Assembly: GCA_023249645.1 (NCBI GenBank)
Contig: JAHFCF010000006.1
Location: forward strand, 56,124 to 120,123
Length of the DNA: 64,000 bases
Source: Elusimicrobiota bacterium
GTDB taxonomy: Bacteria > Elusimicrobiota > Elusimicrobia > UBA1565 > UBA9628
Reading direction: 5' to 3'
The number at the start of each line of letters is the position of its first letter. The first letter of the stretch is position 1. Below the pieces are notes generated by a model, which was not told where the DNA came from, made no database searches, and saw only the letters and a program-made list of their open reading frames with translations. Shown here piece after piece: positions 9,034-17,715 of this stretch. Made by a program: the position numbers and the translations under genes.

Positions 9034-9683
9034 TCATGCCCGCCATCCCCCGCATCCGATCCATCGATTTCCTCTCGCCGCAACCGGCCGACCCCAGTTC
9101 CGGAGAAGCCGAGATCAGGGTCACCCTGGAGGATGGAAGCTCGTCGGCTTTCGGCATCCTCACTCCCGACCGGGTGGCGCTGGGCATGGCTGAGGCGGGC
9201 AAGGATTACTCCTTCGGCTCGCCGACGCTTTTCCTCAAACGCTTGGACCAGGACTGCCTGGGCAAGGCGGCCGAGGCCATGGCCGGCCGCATGGGAGGGT
9301 TCTGGCTGAGGTATTACAACTCCAAGCCTCTGGCGGCCGGGCAGGTCAAGAAGCTGCGCGTGGGCTCCGTCGAGCTTTCCGACATCGAGCCGAAGAAGGG
9401 TCCGACCCATGGCAGCGCCGCGGTCCAGGTGAAGCTCTCGGATGAAAGGCAATTCTCCATCCTCGCGGCCACTCCCGGTTGGTTCGTGGAGGCCTTGGAT
9501 AAGCTCGGGCTGGAGTTCTATTTCGGCCCCTGCGTCCTTTTTCTGAGCTCCCTGCAGGCCGACCTGGCGCGTGCGGCCGTCGCCCAGATGATCAAGGGCG
9601 GCGACCAGCGCCTGTGCCGCTACGACACGCCGCGCCTGACCCTGCCGCAGGTCCTCGCCGACTTCAAGGCGAAGTCCGCCTAG
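9030..9683 (+). CDS. Hypothetical protein, third gene of the M28 operon
   Basis: 217-aa ORF whose TTG/ATG start overlaps the stop of the M28 gene. GC3-rich coding. No recognisable domain. Confidence 0.45.
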   Translation: MIMPAIPRIRSIDFLSPQPADPSSGEAEIRVTLEDGSSSAFGILTPDRVALGMAEAGKDYSFGSPTLFLKRLDQDCLGKAAEAMAGRMGGFWLRYYNSKPLAAGQVKKLRVGSVELSDIEPKKGPTHGSAAVQVKLSDERQFSILAATPGWFVEALDKLGLEFYFGPCVLFLSSLQADLARAAVAQMIKGGDQRLCRYDTPRLTLPQVLADFKAKSA

Positions 9684-9783
9684 GTCCTCGGTCCGCCAAA
9701 GGGCCTATTTCAAGCTAGGTCCAAAGACGGCTCTTTTCTGGGTCCAAAGGTCCAAGGCGGCTGGGAGGCCTTGTCGATATAAT
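9680..9783 (+). promoter_or_regulatory. Promoter region of the M48 protease gene: repeated (C/G)TAGGTCC and GGTCCAAAG motifs and a TATAAT -10 (9778-9783)
   Basis: Sequence ctaggtcctcggtccgccaaagggcctatttcaagctaggtccaaagacgg...gggtccaaaggtccaagg...gtcgaTATAATgg. ATG 9796 lies 13 nt after the -10, so the leader is short or absent. Confidence 0.4.
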
Positions 9784-9795
9784 GGTCTCATTATT

Positions 9796-12660
9796 ATGAT
9801 GAAGAAATTTCTCGCTTCCTTTATTGCCGCCGTCCTCATCGTGACCGCTCCCGGCCTTTCCTCGTATGCCGCGGCGGCAGGTGTTTTTGGGAAGTCATGG
9901 CCCATCGGTCCGGGAGGCAGGATCATCGGCCCGGTAGGCGGGCACATAGCCGTGTCTGCCCCTCAGAAGGATTTCCGTATTTTTTCTCTGGAGGCCGAGA
10001 GCCAGTATTCTCCAGCGCCTGGTTGGACTGATCAGGCGGCTTTTACGGGTCGACCTCTCCCAGCTGATCAGCCTTCTCATGAGCCGTTGAAGCGGATATT
10101 GTCAGGCCAGGTGACGCTCGCTACCCCTGATGCGCACAGGCCTGTGGCTGGACTGCGGACCTGGGCCGCTGATGCGATGGACCGCCTCTTAGGCCTGGCC
10201 CCGCAGCGCTCTGCGCCAGACGAGACCCGGGCGCTTGCTGATTCCCAGGAGCCGGCTCCAGCGGCTTCTGCCAAGTTGGGGAGATCATCTTCCCTTACCC
10301 CTGAACAAGCCCCTGAGCTTGCTCAGGTGCCTGCGCCGGTCTTTGAGTCCCGCACCATGATCGTGGTCCGCATCGGTGTCGTCGCCGGGGCCGTGGTCGG
10401 TCTGCAGGCCTTGCTGCCCGCGGCTTTGGGCGCGGTCTCCGTGGCCGCGGTCTGGGCCGTGAGCCCGGGGATATTCCTGTTGCCCGTCGCCCTTTACGCC
10501 CGCCATCGCCTCGCTGCGCGCGACTCGCCGCGCCTGAGCAGCGTCAAGCGGCTGATGGATGGAGCCGTCGGCGCGTTCATCGGCGCCGCCATCGTCGCCG
10601 GCGTCTTCGCTTCCCCGAGCCTAGGACTCCTCTTGGCCGTCAAGCAGCTCGCCTTTGCCGGCCTGCCTTTGGCCTCCCTGGCCGTGGGCCGCGCTCTGTC
10701 CAACGTGACGACCCTGCCTGATTCCGCCGGGACCTACGCGATTTTGGCCATCCTGCCGGGCCTCCTGGGCGCGACAGCGGCCGGTCCCATCGGCCTGGTG
10801 CCCGTGCTGGGAATGCTGGCGCTCGCCGCCATGACGACCATCTCCTTCTGCCTTGGCCGCATCATTGCCGCGGCTGAGTCGGGCAGGCCGTTCTCGGTCC
10901 CCGGCTCCATACAGAAGATGCGTTTCCCTGTCAGCCAGTGGGTCATGCTCGGTGTGATCTTCGCCACTTGGTCCGGGCTCAAGGAGGTCTATGCCAATCA
11001 GGTTTTTTGGGCGTGGCAGATCCTCGGGTCGAGGACCTTCGCGTGGCAGAAGGACGCTCCGCTCTGGAAGAACCTTGTCTACAATCTGGCCAACTTCAAC
11101 GTCCTCTATGCGGGGCTCCTGGCTTTCGTGATCGTGACATTTTTCATGGCCGGGGCTTTGAGCCCCCTGACCTTCCTGGCCTTGGCCTTCGCGCCTGAGC
11201 GAGCGGCTCTAGCGGCGGAGGCGCTCTTGGGCAAGCTTCTGCCCAAGTCCGAACCGGCGCCATCGACGGGCGTCGAGCCAGTGGCTGATCCCTCCACGAC
11301 GGCTGATGAGCCCGTGAAGCGGCCTCAGTTCCATTATTGGCTCAAGACCCTCTCGGCTGTCGCCTCCATCGCCGTCCTGGGCCTGTGCCTGGGGACTTGG
11401 GCGTATACCTGGAAGAACTTCGCCAAGACTTTCGGCATGGCTTCTCTGATGGCCATCGGGCAGTTTTTCGGCTCCAAATATCTCATCAAGCGCCTCATGA
11501 ACACGACTCCGGCCGATGAGAAGAATAAGGATGATCAGAAGGTCTTCGCTGTCCGCAACGATCTGATGCGGCGCATCAACGACGGCCGCGTGCGCAGGGG
11601 CAAGAAGCCCATCGACGACGCTCACCGGCCCGAGCTCGTGGATGATCCCAACCTTCTTCCCAACGCCTATGCCACGGGCTGGGGTCCTTCCCATGCTCTG
11701 ATCGGCGTGACCAAGGGCATCAAGCTGATGCTCTTGGATCCGGAGAATCTGCGCCAGGGGCTTTTGCGGCTCATGGCTTCCTGCGACGCGGAGACCAAGG
11801 CCTTCAAGCTCTTCCGGGCCGCCATCGCCGGCTCGCTGGGCAAGGACCGGATCCCGCCGGAGGCCTCGCCCTCGCAGGTGGCCGAGGCTGTCCAAAGCGC
11901 TCCTGCTGAGGCTCTCGATCTCCTGGGCGTGCGCGTCCTGCGCGGGGTGATGGCTCACGAGCTCAACCATGTGATGGATTGGCACATGGCGATCGGCGCG
12001 GCCGCCGGGGCTTTCACCTCGGCTCTGTCCATGGCGAGCTGGTCGGCCATGTGGCTCGTGGGAAAGTTCAAAGACCTGCCAAAAAAGCTGGAGGCTTGGG
12101 CCGCGGAGCCCCGGCCGTTCACTCCCATCGACCGGGTCAAGACCTGGGGGCTGCAGAGCGCCCAAGCCGTGGCTGAGCCCGTGTCCGTGGTCGTGGTCGG
12201 CGGGGCGATCGCGGTACTGGCCGTGATCAAGGCCTTCGCCATCGTCTGGGGGCCCCTGGCCGCCATTCTTTTGCAGATGGCTTCTTCGCGGGCTGATGAG
12301 GGCATGGCTGATGAGGACGGGGCCAAGCTGTCCGGTGATCCAGAAGCCCTGGGCCTGGGCTTGGGTCTGCTGATGACCTGGCAGCCGCCGAAAGGCTTTC
12401 AGGTGGATAACTTGGCGGTCATCGCGCTCAATGCGCACCGCTACACGGTCAATCCTCTCGAGCAGATGCGCAACGCCGGGGTCTTGCCCCGCTTAAGCCG
12501 CCTGGCCGAAGCGCTCGCGGGCGGCAGCGACGACTTCTTCTTCAACCTCTTCGTCACGCATCCGGACACTCTGCTGCGCATCATGCGGCTGCGCGACATG
12601 ATGTCGCGCATCGACAGGCTTTCCGGAAAGTCCGTCGATGCGGGGCGGCTCAAGCCATGA
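9796..12660 (+). CDS. M48-family (HtpX/Ste24-like) zinc metalloprotease with ~550-aa polytopic N-terminal membrane domain
   Basis: 954 aa with a signal peptide, then about 10 hydrophobic segments. The C-terminal half carries M48 motifs in canonical order: NAYATGWG (NAFATG-like), VMAHELNHVMDWH (HExxH) and FVTHPDTLLRI (HPxxxxRI). Confidence 0.65.
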   Translation: MMKKFLASFIAAVLIVTAPGLSSYAAAAGVFGKSWPIGPGGRIIGPVGGHIAVSAPQKDFRIFSLEAESQYSPAPGWTDQAAFTGRPLPADQPSHEPLKRILSGQVTLATPDAHRPVAGLRTWAADAMDRLLGLAPQRSAPDETRALADSQEPAPAASAKLGRSSSLTPEQAPELAQVPAPVFESRTMIVVRIGVVAGAVVGLQALLPAALGAVSVAAVWAVSPGIFLLPVALYARHRLAARDSPRLSSVKRLMDGAVGAFIGAAIVAGVFASPSLGLLLAVKQLAFAGLPLASLAVGRALSNVTTLPDSAGTYAILAILPGLLGATAAGPIGLVPVLGMLALAAMTTISFCLGRIIAAAESGRPFSVPGSIQKMRFPVSQWVMLGVIFATWSGLKEVYANQVFWAWQILGSRTFAWQKDAPLWKNLVYNLANFNVLYAGLLAFVIVTFFMAGALSPLTFLALAFAPERAALAAEALLGKLLPKSEPAPSTGVEPVADPSTTADEPVKRPQFHYWLKTLSAVASIAVLGLCLGTWAYTWKNFAKTFGMASLMAIGQFFGSKYLIKRLMNTTPADEKNKDDQKVFAVRNDLMRRINDGRVRRGKKPIDDAHRPELVDDPNLLPNAYATGWGPSHALIGVTKGIKLMLLDPENLRQGLLRLMASCDAETKAFKLFRAAIAGSLGKDRIPPEASPSQVAEAVQSAPAEALDLLGVRVLRGVMAHELNHVMDWHMAIGAAAGAFTSALSMASWSAMWLVGKFKDLPKKLEAWAAEPRPFTPIDRVKTWGLQSAQAVAEPVSVVVVGGAIAVLAVIKAFAIVWGPLAAILLQMASSRADEGMADEDGAKLSGDPEALGLGLGLLMTWQPPKGFQVDNLAVIALNAHRYTVNPLEQMRNAGVLPRLSRLAEALAGGSDDFFFNLFVTHPDTLLRIMRLRDMMSRIDRLSGKSVDAGRLKP

Positions 12661-12670
12661 CAACGCATTG

Positions 12671-12805
12671 CCCTTTGGTCCTAGGTTCAGGGGGGTCTTT
12701 TGGCCCATCGAGGGCCCGCCAAAGGTCCCAGATGTCCTGGGTCCAATGCCAGGGCCGTCCTAGGTCCTTGGACCTGTACGCTTTCAGGACGCCGGACGCT
12801 ATAAT
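12671..12805 (+). promoter_or_regulatory. Promoter region of the receiver gene: CTAGGTCC/AAAGGTCC motif array and a TATAAT -10 (12800-12805)
   Basis: Sequence ccctttggtcctaggttcag...gccaaaggtcccagatgtcctgggtccaatgcc...cgtcctaggtccttggacctg...gcTATAATag. Includes the GGTCC-TT-GGACC inverted repeat. Confidence 0.4.
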
Positions 12806-12825
12806 AGATGCGGAAGGTTGATACG

Positions 12826-13233
12826 ATGGATCCAAAAAACGAGATGTTCATTTTTATCGTCGAAGACGACTCTCATTTCCGGGAGACTTTCTCGGACGTG
12901 ATGTCTTTGCGCGGGGTCAAGGTCAGCGGCGCCGGCACGGCCGAGGAAGCCCTGAAGGCCTTGAAGACCCAGACGCCCAGCGTCATCGTCGTGGATGTGC
13001 GTCTGCCGGACATGCATGGCTTCGACCTGTGCCGGCGGCTGCGTCGCATGCCGGGCCTGCAGAAGACGCCCGTCATGCTCCTCTCCGGGGTTTCGCGCTA
13101 CAACGATCCGCGCGACCGCGTGGAAGGACTTTTATCCGGCGCGGCCGCGTTCCTCGTCAAGCCCATCACCATCGAGGACCTCTGGGCCCAGATCTGCGCT
13201 GTTCTCGGCCGGCCGGCGACTGAATTCGCTTGA
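12826..13233 (+). CDS. Stand-alone response regulator receiver (CheY-like) protein
   Basis: Sequence MDPKNEMFIFIVEDDSHFRETF...VIVVDVRLPDMHGFDLCRRLR...LLSG...FLVKP has the receiver acidic pocket and no output domain. The ORF track starts at ATG 12808. ATG 12826 is preferred because it follows a GGAAGG RBS. Confidence 0.65.
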   Translation: MDPKNEMFIFIVEDDSHFRETFSDVMSLRGVKVSGAGTAEEALKALKTQTPSVIVVDVRLPDMHGFDLCRRLRRMPGLQKTPVMLLSGVSRYNDPRDRVEGLLSGAAAFLVKPITIEDLWAQICAVLGRPATEFA

Positions 13234-13258
13234 CTTAGATTGTCGCGCCTGCTATCAT
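13229..13258 (+). promoter_or_regulatory. Sigma70-like promoter for trxA (-35 CTTGAC, 18-nt spacer, -10 TATCAT)
   Basis: Sequence cTTGACttagattgtcgcgcctgcTATCATaag lies 45 nt upstream of the trxA ATG. Confidence 0.4.
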
Positions 13259-13302
13259 AAGACGACGTTGGACGCAACATTCCTTCCTTAATAAATCCCC
13301 GA

Positions 13303-13629
13303 ATGGCTGAGATCGAGGCGACGGATAAGAACTTCCAGACAGAGGTTGTCGGGAGTCCCTTGCCGGTGCTGGTCGATTTCTGGGCTCCCTGGTGCGGACC
13401 CTGCCGGATGATCGCTCCATCTATCGCCGAACTGGCCATTGAATATAAGGACCGCGTGCGCGTGGCCAAGCTCAACATCGACGACAATCCCAACACGGCG
13501 ACGGCCTACCGCGTCATGTCCATCCCGACGCTCCTTTTCTTCAAGGGCGGCAAGCCCGTCGATCAGATCGTGGGCGCCCACTCGAAGGCGGAGATCAAGA
13601 AGCTCCTCGAATCCCTTCTGGCCGCGTAG
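13303..13629 (+). CDS. trxA: Thioredoxin
   Basis: 108 aa with the WCGPC active site ([18 protein letters not shown]). Confidence 0.9.
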   Translation: MAEIEATDKNFQTEVVGSPLPVLVDFWAPWCGPCRMIAPSIAELAIEYKDRVRVAKLNIDDNPNTATAYRVMSIPTLLFFKGGKPVDQIVGAHSKAEIKKLLESLLAA

Positions 13630-13668
13630 ATCCAATTTGAGCCGTCCCTGAAAAAAACAAACGACCTC

Positions 13669-16245
13669 ATGAAACCCAGGCTCTACCTGGTCGATGCGCA
13701 TGCCTTTCTCCACAGGGCCTATCATGCCCTGCCGCCCTTGACCAATTCCAAGGGCGAGCCCGTGGGCGCTCTCTATGGGTTTGCCCGGATGCTCCTGCAG
13801 CTATTGAAAAAAGACAAGCCGGAACGCATGGCCGTGTGCTTCGATTCGCCCGGGCCCACCTTCCGGCATAAGATCTTCGCGGACTACAAGGCGACCCGCA
13901 AGGCCATCGATGAAGACCTCGTTTTCCAGCTCAAGCTCGCCCGAGAGATGACCGAGGCCATGGGATTTCCCTGCGTGGGAAAGCCAGGCTTCGAGGCCGA
14001 CGACCTCATGGCCACCTTGGCTGTCCAGGCGAAGAAAGCGGGCTATGAGGCGGTGCTGATCACCGGCGACAAGGACGTCCTTCAGATGGTGGGGCCGGAT
14101 ATCCGGGTCTTCAATCCTTCCAAGCAGGCCTGGATGGGAGCCTCTGAGGTGGAAGCCCGGCTCGGGGTCGGTCCTGAGTCCGTGGTGGATTACCTGGCCC
14201 TGATCGGCGACACCTCGGACAATGTCCCGGGAGTGCGCGGCATCGGCCCTGTGGGAGCGGTCAAGCTCCTTAAACAATTTAAGACGCTGGAGAAAGCGAT
14301 TGCCGCGGCCAAGGCGCATGACCCGGCGATTGCGCCCAAGACGGCCCAGGCGCTCACCGATGGAGAGCAGGACGCCCAGCGCGCCATCGCGCTGATCAGG
14401 CTCGACACCCAGGCTCCGGTGGATAAAAAGTCAGCCGAGATCGGAGCGCCTGAGCCCCAGGCCGAGAAGCTCAAGGCTGTCTTTGGCCGCCTGGAGTTCG
14501 CCAAGCTCCTCCAAGAGATCCTTCCGCGCAGCGGCGACGCCGCCTTGGCTGCCTCAGAGCCCGCCAGCGCGGTGAAGATATCGATCCGGGAAGTGCCTTT
14601 TGATGAATTGCGCCAGGAGTTCTCTCGTGCCAAGACGATCGCGGTGACGGCTCGGCTCAATGCCAAGCCGGACCTGACCGAGGGCGCGGTGCTGGCCGTC
14701 CTGGGTCTGCCGGATGGAAGGGCGGCACTTTTGAATGAGCCGTTCTTGCGCCAGGAAGCCGGGCTTCTTACCCAACTCCTTTCGAGCCCGGCTTTGAAGG
14801 TGGGCTATGACTTGAAAGAGACCCGAGCGGCTCTGCAGACCGTCGGGGTTCGCGCTTCAGGCAGGTTCTTCGACACCATGCTCGCCGCCTATTGCCTCAA
14901 TCCGGCTGATTCAGGCCGAAGCACGGTGGCCAAGGATATCCGACTCTCGGTGCTGCAAGCCGCAGTCAAGGCCCTGGAGCATCAGGTCCTCATCGAGGGC
15001 ATGCAGAGCGCCGGAGTCCTGAAGCTTTTCGAGGATATCGAGATGCCTCTCTGCGAGATTTTGCGCGCCATGGAGGCCGAGGGCGTGGCCGTGGACCAGG
15101 CCTACCTCGAATCTCTTCTGGAGGAGTTCGAGTCCGACATCGCCGCCTTGAACAAGGAGATCGGCGCTCTGGCGGGGGCCGAGGTCAATGTCAATTCGCC
15201 CAAGCAGCTGGGGGTCCTCCTCTACGACACCTTGAAGCTTCCCGTGCCGCATGAGACGGCCAAGGGCGGCCGCTCGACGGATGAGGAGGCTCTGCAGGCC
15301 CTGGCCAAGCTCCATCCCATCGCGGCCAAGATCCTCGATCATCGGGAACTCTCCAAGCTCAAGTCCACCTATGTCGTCGGACTTTTGGAGCGGCTCGACC
15401 CCAAGACCTCTCGCGTGCACACGCATTTCGACCAGACCGGTACGGCCACGGGGCGGCTTTCGAGCCTCGACCCCAATCTTCAGAACATCCCCGTGCGCTC
15501 CGCCTCAGGCCAGAGGATCCGTCGCGCCTTCATCGCTCCCAAGGGGTGCGTGTTGGTCTCCGCGGATTATTCGCAGATCGACCTGCGCGTCTTGGCCCAT
15601 GTCTCGGGAGATGAGACCCTCACGGCGTCCTTTGCCAAGAACGAGGATGTCCACACCCGCACGGCCAGCGAGGTCTTCCACGTGTCCCTCGATGAGGTCA
15701 CGACCGAGATGCGCCGCCGCGCCAAGACCATCAATTTCGGCATCGTCTATGGCCAGACCCCCTTCGGCCTGGCCTCGGAATTGGGCATCCCGCAGTCCGA
15801 GGCCAGCCAAGCCATCAAGGACTATTTCGCCCGCTATCCGGGCATCCAGACCTGGGTCGCGCGCAATCTGGAGGCGGCCCGCAAGGAGGGCTGCGTGCGC
15901 ACACTGGCCGGCAGAGTCCGGCATCTCCCGGAGCTGCATGCCAAGAACACGGCCCTGCGCCAGTTCGCCGAGCGCGCGGCGCGCAACACGCCGATCCAGG
16001 GAGGCTCGGCGGACATCATCAAACTGGCCATGATCGAGGTGGCCAAGGGTCTGCCTTCTCTGGGCAAGGTCAAGATGATCCTGCAGATCCATGACGAGCT
16101 CCTCTTCGAGGTCCCGAAGGCCGAGATGGAGCGTGTGGCTGCTTGGGCCAAGAAGACCATGGAGCATGCGATCGTCTTGAAGGTGCCTTTGGTCGTGGAT
16201 GTGAAGGCCGGCCTCAATTGGCAGGAGATGGAGGCGGTGAAATGA
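13669..16245 (+). CDS. polA: DNA polymerase I
   Basis: 858 aa. N-terminal 5'-3' exonuclease region (LYLVDAHAFLHRAYHA), then the pol A palm motifs (RRAKTINFGIVYG, QIHDELLFE). Confidence 0.95.
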   Translation: MKPRLYLVDAHAFLHRAYHALPPLTNSKGEPVGALYGFARMLLQLLKKDKPERMAVCFDSPGPTFRHKIFADYKATRKAIDEDLVFQLKLAREMTEAMGFPCVGKPGFEADDLMATLAVQAKKAGYEAVLITGDKDVLQMVGPDIRVFNPSKQAWMGASEVEARLGVGPESVVDYLALIGDTSDNVPGVRGIGPVGAVKLLKQFKTLEKAIAAAKAHDPAIAPKTAQALTDGEQDAQRAIALIRLDTQAPVDKKSAEIGAPEPQAEKLKAVFGRLEFAKLLQEILPRSGDAALAASEPASAVKISIREVPFDELRQEFSRAKTIAVTARLNAKPDLTEGAVLAVLGLPDGRAALLNEPFLRQEAGLLTQLLSSPALKVGYDLKETRAALQTVGVRASGRFFDTMLAAYCLNPADSGRSTVAKDIRLSVLQAAVKALEHQVLIEGMQSAGVLKLFEDIEMPLCEILRAMEAEGVAVDQAYLESLLEEFESDIAALNKEIGALAGAEVNVNSPKQLGVLLYDTLKLPVPHETAKGGRSTDEEALQALAKLHPIAAKILDHRELSKLKSTYVVGLLERLDPKTSRVHTHFDQTGTATGRLSSLDPNLQNIPVRSASGQRIRRAFIAPKGCVLVSADYSQIDLRVLAHVSGDETLTASFAKNEDVHTRTASEVFHVSLDEVTTEMRRRAKTINFGIVYGQTPFGLASELGIPQSEASQAIKDYFARYPGIQTWVARNLEAARKEGCVRTLAGRVRHLPELHAKNTALRQFAERAARNTPIQGGSADIIKLAMIEVAKGLPSLGKVKMILQIHDELLFEVPKAEMERVAAWAKKTMEHAIVLKVPLVVDVKAGLNWQEMEAVK

Positions 16246-17054
16246 CCCGGTTCTTCGGCCATGAGCCCATGAGCTTGCGGCGTATGCTGCCCGGGGTCAA
16301 GGCCCTGGTCGTCGCCAATGTCGCCGTCTTTCTTCTGAGCCTTCTGGCGGGGCCGGAGTTCTATCGGCATTTCGGCCTGGTGCCGCGCTTGGTGCTCCAG
16401 GAGCGCTGGGTCTGGCAGGTCTTCACCTATATGTTCGTGCATGGCGGCTTCCTTCACCTCTTCTTCAACCTCTTCATGCTCTGGATGTTCGGCATGGCCG
16501 TGGAGGGGCAGTGGGGGACGCGCGAGTTCGTCAAGTTCTATTTCATCTGCGGCCTGGGCGTGGCCGCGGTTGCTCTCCTCATCGGTCCCAATTCCCCGAT
16601 CCCCTTGATCGGAGCCTCGGGAGCCATCTACGGGCTCTTGGTCGCCTTCGCCATGCTCTATCCCGACGCGGTCGTCTACCTCTATTTCTTCCTCCCGGTC
16701 AAGGCCGCTCACATGGCGATCCTCTGCGGCGTGGTGGAATTCGTCGCCATGGCGACGGACGCGACGCCGGGGGTGGCGCGCTTCGCGCATCTGGCGGGCA
16801 TGATCATCGCCTATGTCTACATCCGCTGGTGGTGGGTGCTGAGGCTCAGGCTTAAATCGGCTTTCCAGCGGCCCCCGTTCGTTGCTCAGGAGAGGCCGGT
16901 CCGACGGGCCAAGCCCCAGGCGGAGCGGCCGATCGCGGCCAGCATGGAAGACGTGGACCGCATCCTCGACAAGATCCTGGCCAGCGGCCTGGAGTCTCTG
17001 ACCGATGCGGAGCGCGCGGTCATGAAGATCTATTCGGACAGGATGCAGCATTGA
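16242..17054 (+). CDS. Rhomboid family intramembrane serine protease
   Basis: ATG 16242 overlaps the polA stop. Multi-TM protein with GASGAIYGLL (catalytic Ser) and AHLAGM (catalytic His). Confidence 0.8.
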   Translation: MTRFFGHEPMSLRRMLPGVKALVVANVAVFLLSLLAGPEFYRHFGLVPRLVLQERWVWQVFTYMFVHGGFLHLFFNLFMLWMFGMAVEGQWGTREFVKFYFICGLGVAAVALLIGPNSPIPLIGASGAIYGLLVAFAMLYPDAVVYLYFFLPVKAAHMAILCGVVEFVAMATDATPGVARFAHLAGMIIAYVYIRWWWVLRLRLKSAFQRPPFVAQERPVRRAKPQAERPIAASMEDVDRILDKILASGLESLTDAERAVMKIYSDRMQH

Positions 17055-17088
17055 AGGCCTCATGAAAAAGAGAAGAATTTCTGCGGCA

Positions 17089-17118
17089 ACTGTGTCCGGA
17101 CACAGTTCGACCCACAGG
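17089..17118. repeat. Palindromic element copy 2: ACTGTGTCCGGACACAGT fused to the right half (tcgacccacagg) of the second palindrome
   Basis: 17089-17106 is identical to the 18-bp palindrome at 1833, 30383 and 60139. It lies between the rhomboid stop and the probable coaE start (TTG 17122). Confidence 0.75.
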
Positions 17119-17121
17119 TCT

Positions 17122-17715
17122 TTGTGCGTTGCTCTGACGGGCACGATGGGTTGCGGCAAGTCCGAGGCGCTGAAGGTTTTTCGCCGTCTGGGTGCCGCGG
17201 CCCTTTGCCTCGACGAAACGGCGCACCGGGTTCTGTCCAAGGGCGGCTCCGCGTATCAGCCGGTCCTCCGGAGTTTTGGGCCAGCCATTCTTGACCGACG
17301 CGGGCAGATCGACCGGCGGACTCTGGGCCGAATCGTCTTCGCGAAACCGGCTCTGCGCCGCAGGCTGGAGCGATTGACTCATCCGGCCATCCTGTCAGAG
17401 ATGCGTTCTTGGATGCGTTCGCGTGGTCGCGGGCTCGCGGTCATTGACGTTCCGCTTCTCTTTGAAAAAGGCTTGGAAAAGGAATTCGATTTGACGATGG
17501 TCGTGGCGGCTAAAAAAACGCTTTGTTTTAAACGACTTTTACGGCGAGACGGACTGAAACTCCGAGAACTGCGTCGTCGTTGCGCGGCTCAGATGCCCTT
17601 GCCTGAGAAGATGAGCCGCGCGGATGTGGTCGTGCGCAATGAAGGTTCTTTAAAGGATTTGGCAAAAAAAATCCAAGAATATGGCAGGGCGTTCCAGCTG
17701 ATACATGGAGGATAA
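17122..17715 (+). CDS. coaE: Dephospho-CoA kinase
   Basis: Sequence (L)[19 protein letters not shown] aligns with the CoaE N-terminus (IVALTGGIGSGKS P-loop). The ORF-track start at 17062 would translate through the palindromic repeat, so it is probably wrong. Start codon uncertain (TTG 17122 or ATG 17146). Confidence 0.75.
   Translation: MCVALTGTMGCGKSEALKVFRRLGAAALCLDETAHRVLSKGGSAYQPVLRSFGPAILDRRGQIDRRTLGRIVFAKPALRRRLERLTHPAILSEMRSWMRSRGRGLAVIDVPLLFEKGLEKEFDLTMVVAAKKTLCFKRLLRRDGLKLRELRRRCAAQMPLPEKMSRADVVVRNEGSLKDLAKKIQEYGRAFQLIHGG

Noticed and set aside
17062-17121. ORF-track start of coaE at ATG 17062
   Set aside because: Would translate through the conserved palindromic repeat and add 20 non-homologous residues before the P-loop. 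TTG 17122 matches CoaE N-termini.
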